From assembly GCA_040752125.1 (NCBI GenBank), contig JBFMFK010000003.1, forward strand, positions 19,034 through 83,033: a DNA stretch of 64,000 nucleotides, read 5' to 3'. Source of the DNA: Patescibacteria group bacterium. GTDB taxonomy: Bacteria; Patescibacteriota; Minisyncoccia; UBA9983. Below the pieces are notes generated by a model, which saw only the letters and a list, made by a program, of their open reading frames with translations, had not been told where the DNA came from and made no database searches. The position numbers were made by a program, and so were the translations under genes. Each line of letters begins with the position of its first letter. Within the stretch, counting starts at the first letter, position 1. Positions 63,760-64,000 of the stretch are shown piece by piece.

Positions 63760-63799
63760 AATTCAATTTTATAATTATTTTATAATAATTATAGAACAA

Positions 63800-63832
63800 T
63801 TACCATATACCAGCGATAGCAAATATATGGCA
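63800..63832. promoter_or_regulatory. TTACCATATA-CCAGCGATAGCAAA-TATATGGCA: copy c of the palindrome, immediately upstream of PaaX-like paralog 2 (overlapping its probable -35/-10 region)
   Basis: Direct read. 28 of 33 nt are identical to copy b. Confidence 0.6.
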
Positions 63833-63857
63833 GATTGGATAATAAATTGATTCTTTA

Positions 63858-63892
63858 CGAATAAAAAAGGAGGCGTAAAATTTTAGCCTCCT
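63858..63892 (-). terminator. minus-strand rho-independent terminator (AAGGAGGC-gtaaaatttta-GCCTCCTT, T-run on minus strand) for a gene beyond the right window edge
   Basis: Direct read. On the minus strand the stem is followed by TTTTTTATTCG. Confidence 0.55.
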
Positions 63893-64000
63893 TGTTCTCG
63901 AGGAATACTTATCATTATTATTAGAGCCACTACTATATCCACTCTTCAGACCTCCTTTCAAAAATTTCTATTGTTTTCAAACTCTAAAATCAGGTTATCA

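Overview
This is an AT-rich, gene-dense window coded almost entirely on the plus strand. It is typical of a small-genome bacterium, probably CPR/Patescibacteria-like; that inference rests on compact or truncated aminoacyl-tRNA synthetases, a minimal MurF and ProRS, many MNT-HEPN pairs, and abundant small hypothetical genes. Translation uses standard code 11, since TGA acts as a stop. The housekeeping content is as follows:
- **Translation genes:** mnmA (5' partial), alaS, proS, lysS, aspS, gltX and cysS; frr; ribosomal protein genes rpmA, rplI and rplU.
- **Cell-wall and division genes:** uppS, ddl, rseP, mreB-mreC-mreD-like-pbp2, mraZ-rsmH-ftsL-ftsI-ftsW-murG, and dacA-mraY-(D-aminoacylase)-(speH)-murF.
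- **Other housekeeping:** scpAB, znuCB-like metal ABC genes, a MacB-type ABC pair followed by an orphan receiver domain, a Ca2+ P-type ATPase paired with a CaCA exchanger, an EnvC-like M23 peptidase, pyrG, ctpA, a corA-like gene, dnaB and recR.
- **tRNAs:** tRNA-Ala(UGC) and tRNA-Glu(CUC).

The accessory content sits in an island at about 12.85-20.5 kb that ends at tRNA-Ala. The island holds two MNT/HEPN-type toxin-antitoxin pairs, a retropepsin-like aspartic protease paired with a small DUF5678-like protein, a duplicated ~95-nt leader sequence, and a 1630-aa secreted FISUMP + multi-FN3 surface protein with a striking GC3 patch. A third MNT/HepT pair lies at 56.2 kb.

Noncoding signals of interest are:
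- a cluster of four perfect DnaA boxes next to an AT-rich tract upstream of mraZ;
- a ~350-bp element between aspS and scpA, bounded by inverted TGACCTAA repeats, that encloses a gene remnant;
- a 25-nt palindromic motif shared by the ddl and proS upstream regions;
- two paralogous PaaX-like winged-helix genes, each bracketed by its own pair of ~30-bp palindrome-containing direct repeats, with a third copy of one repeat core elsewhere;
- a frame-preserving heptanucleotide tandem repeat inside alaS.

No CRISPR array, rRNA, integrase or transposase was recognised.
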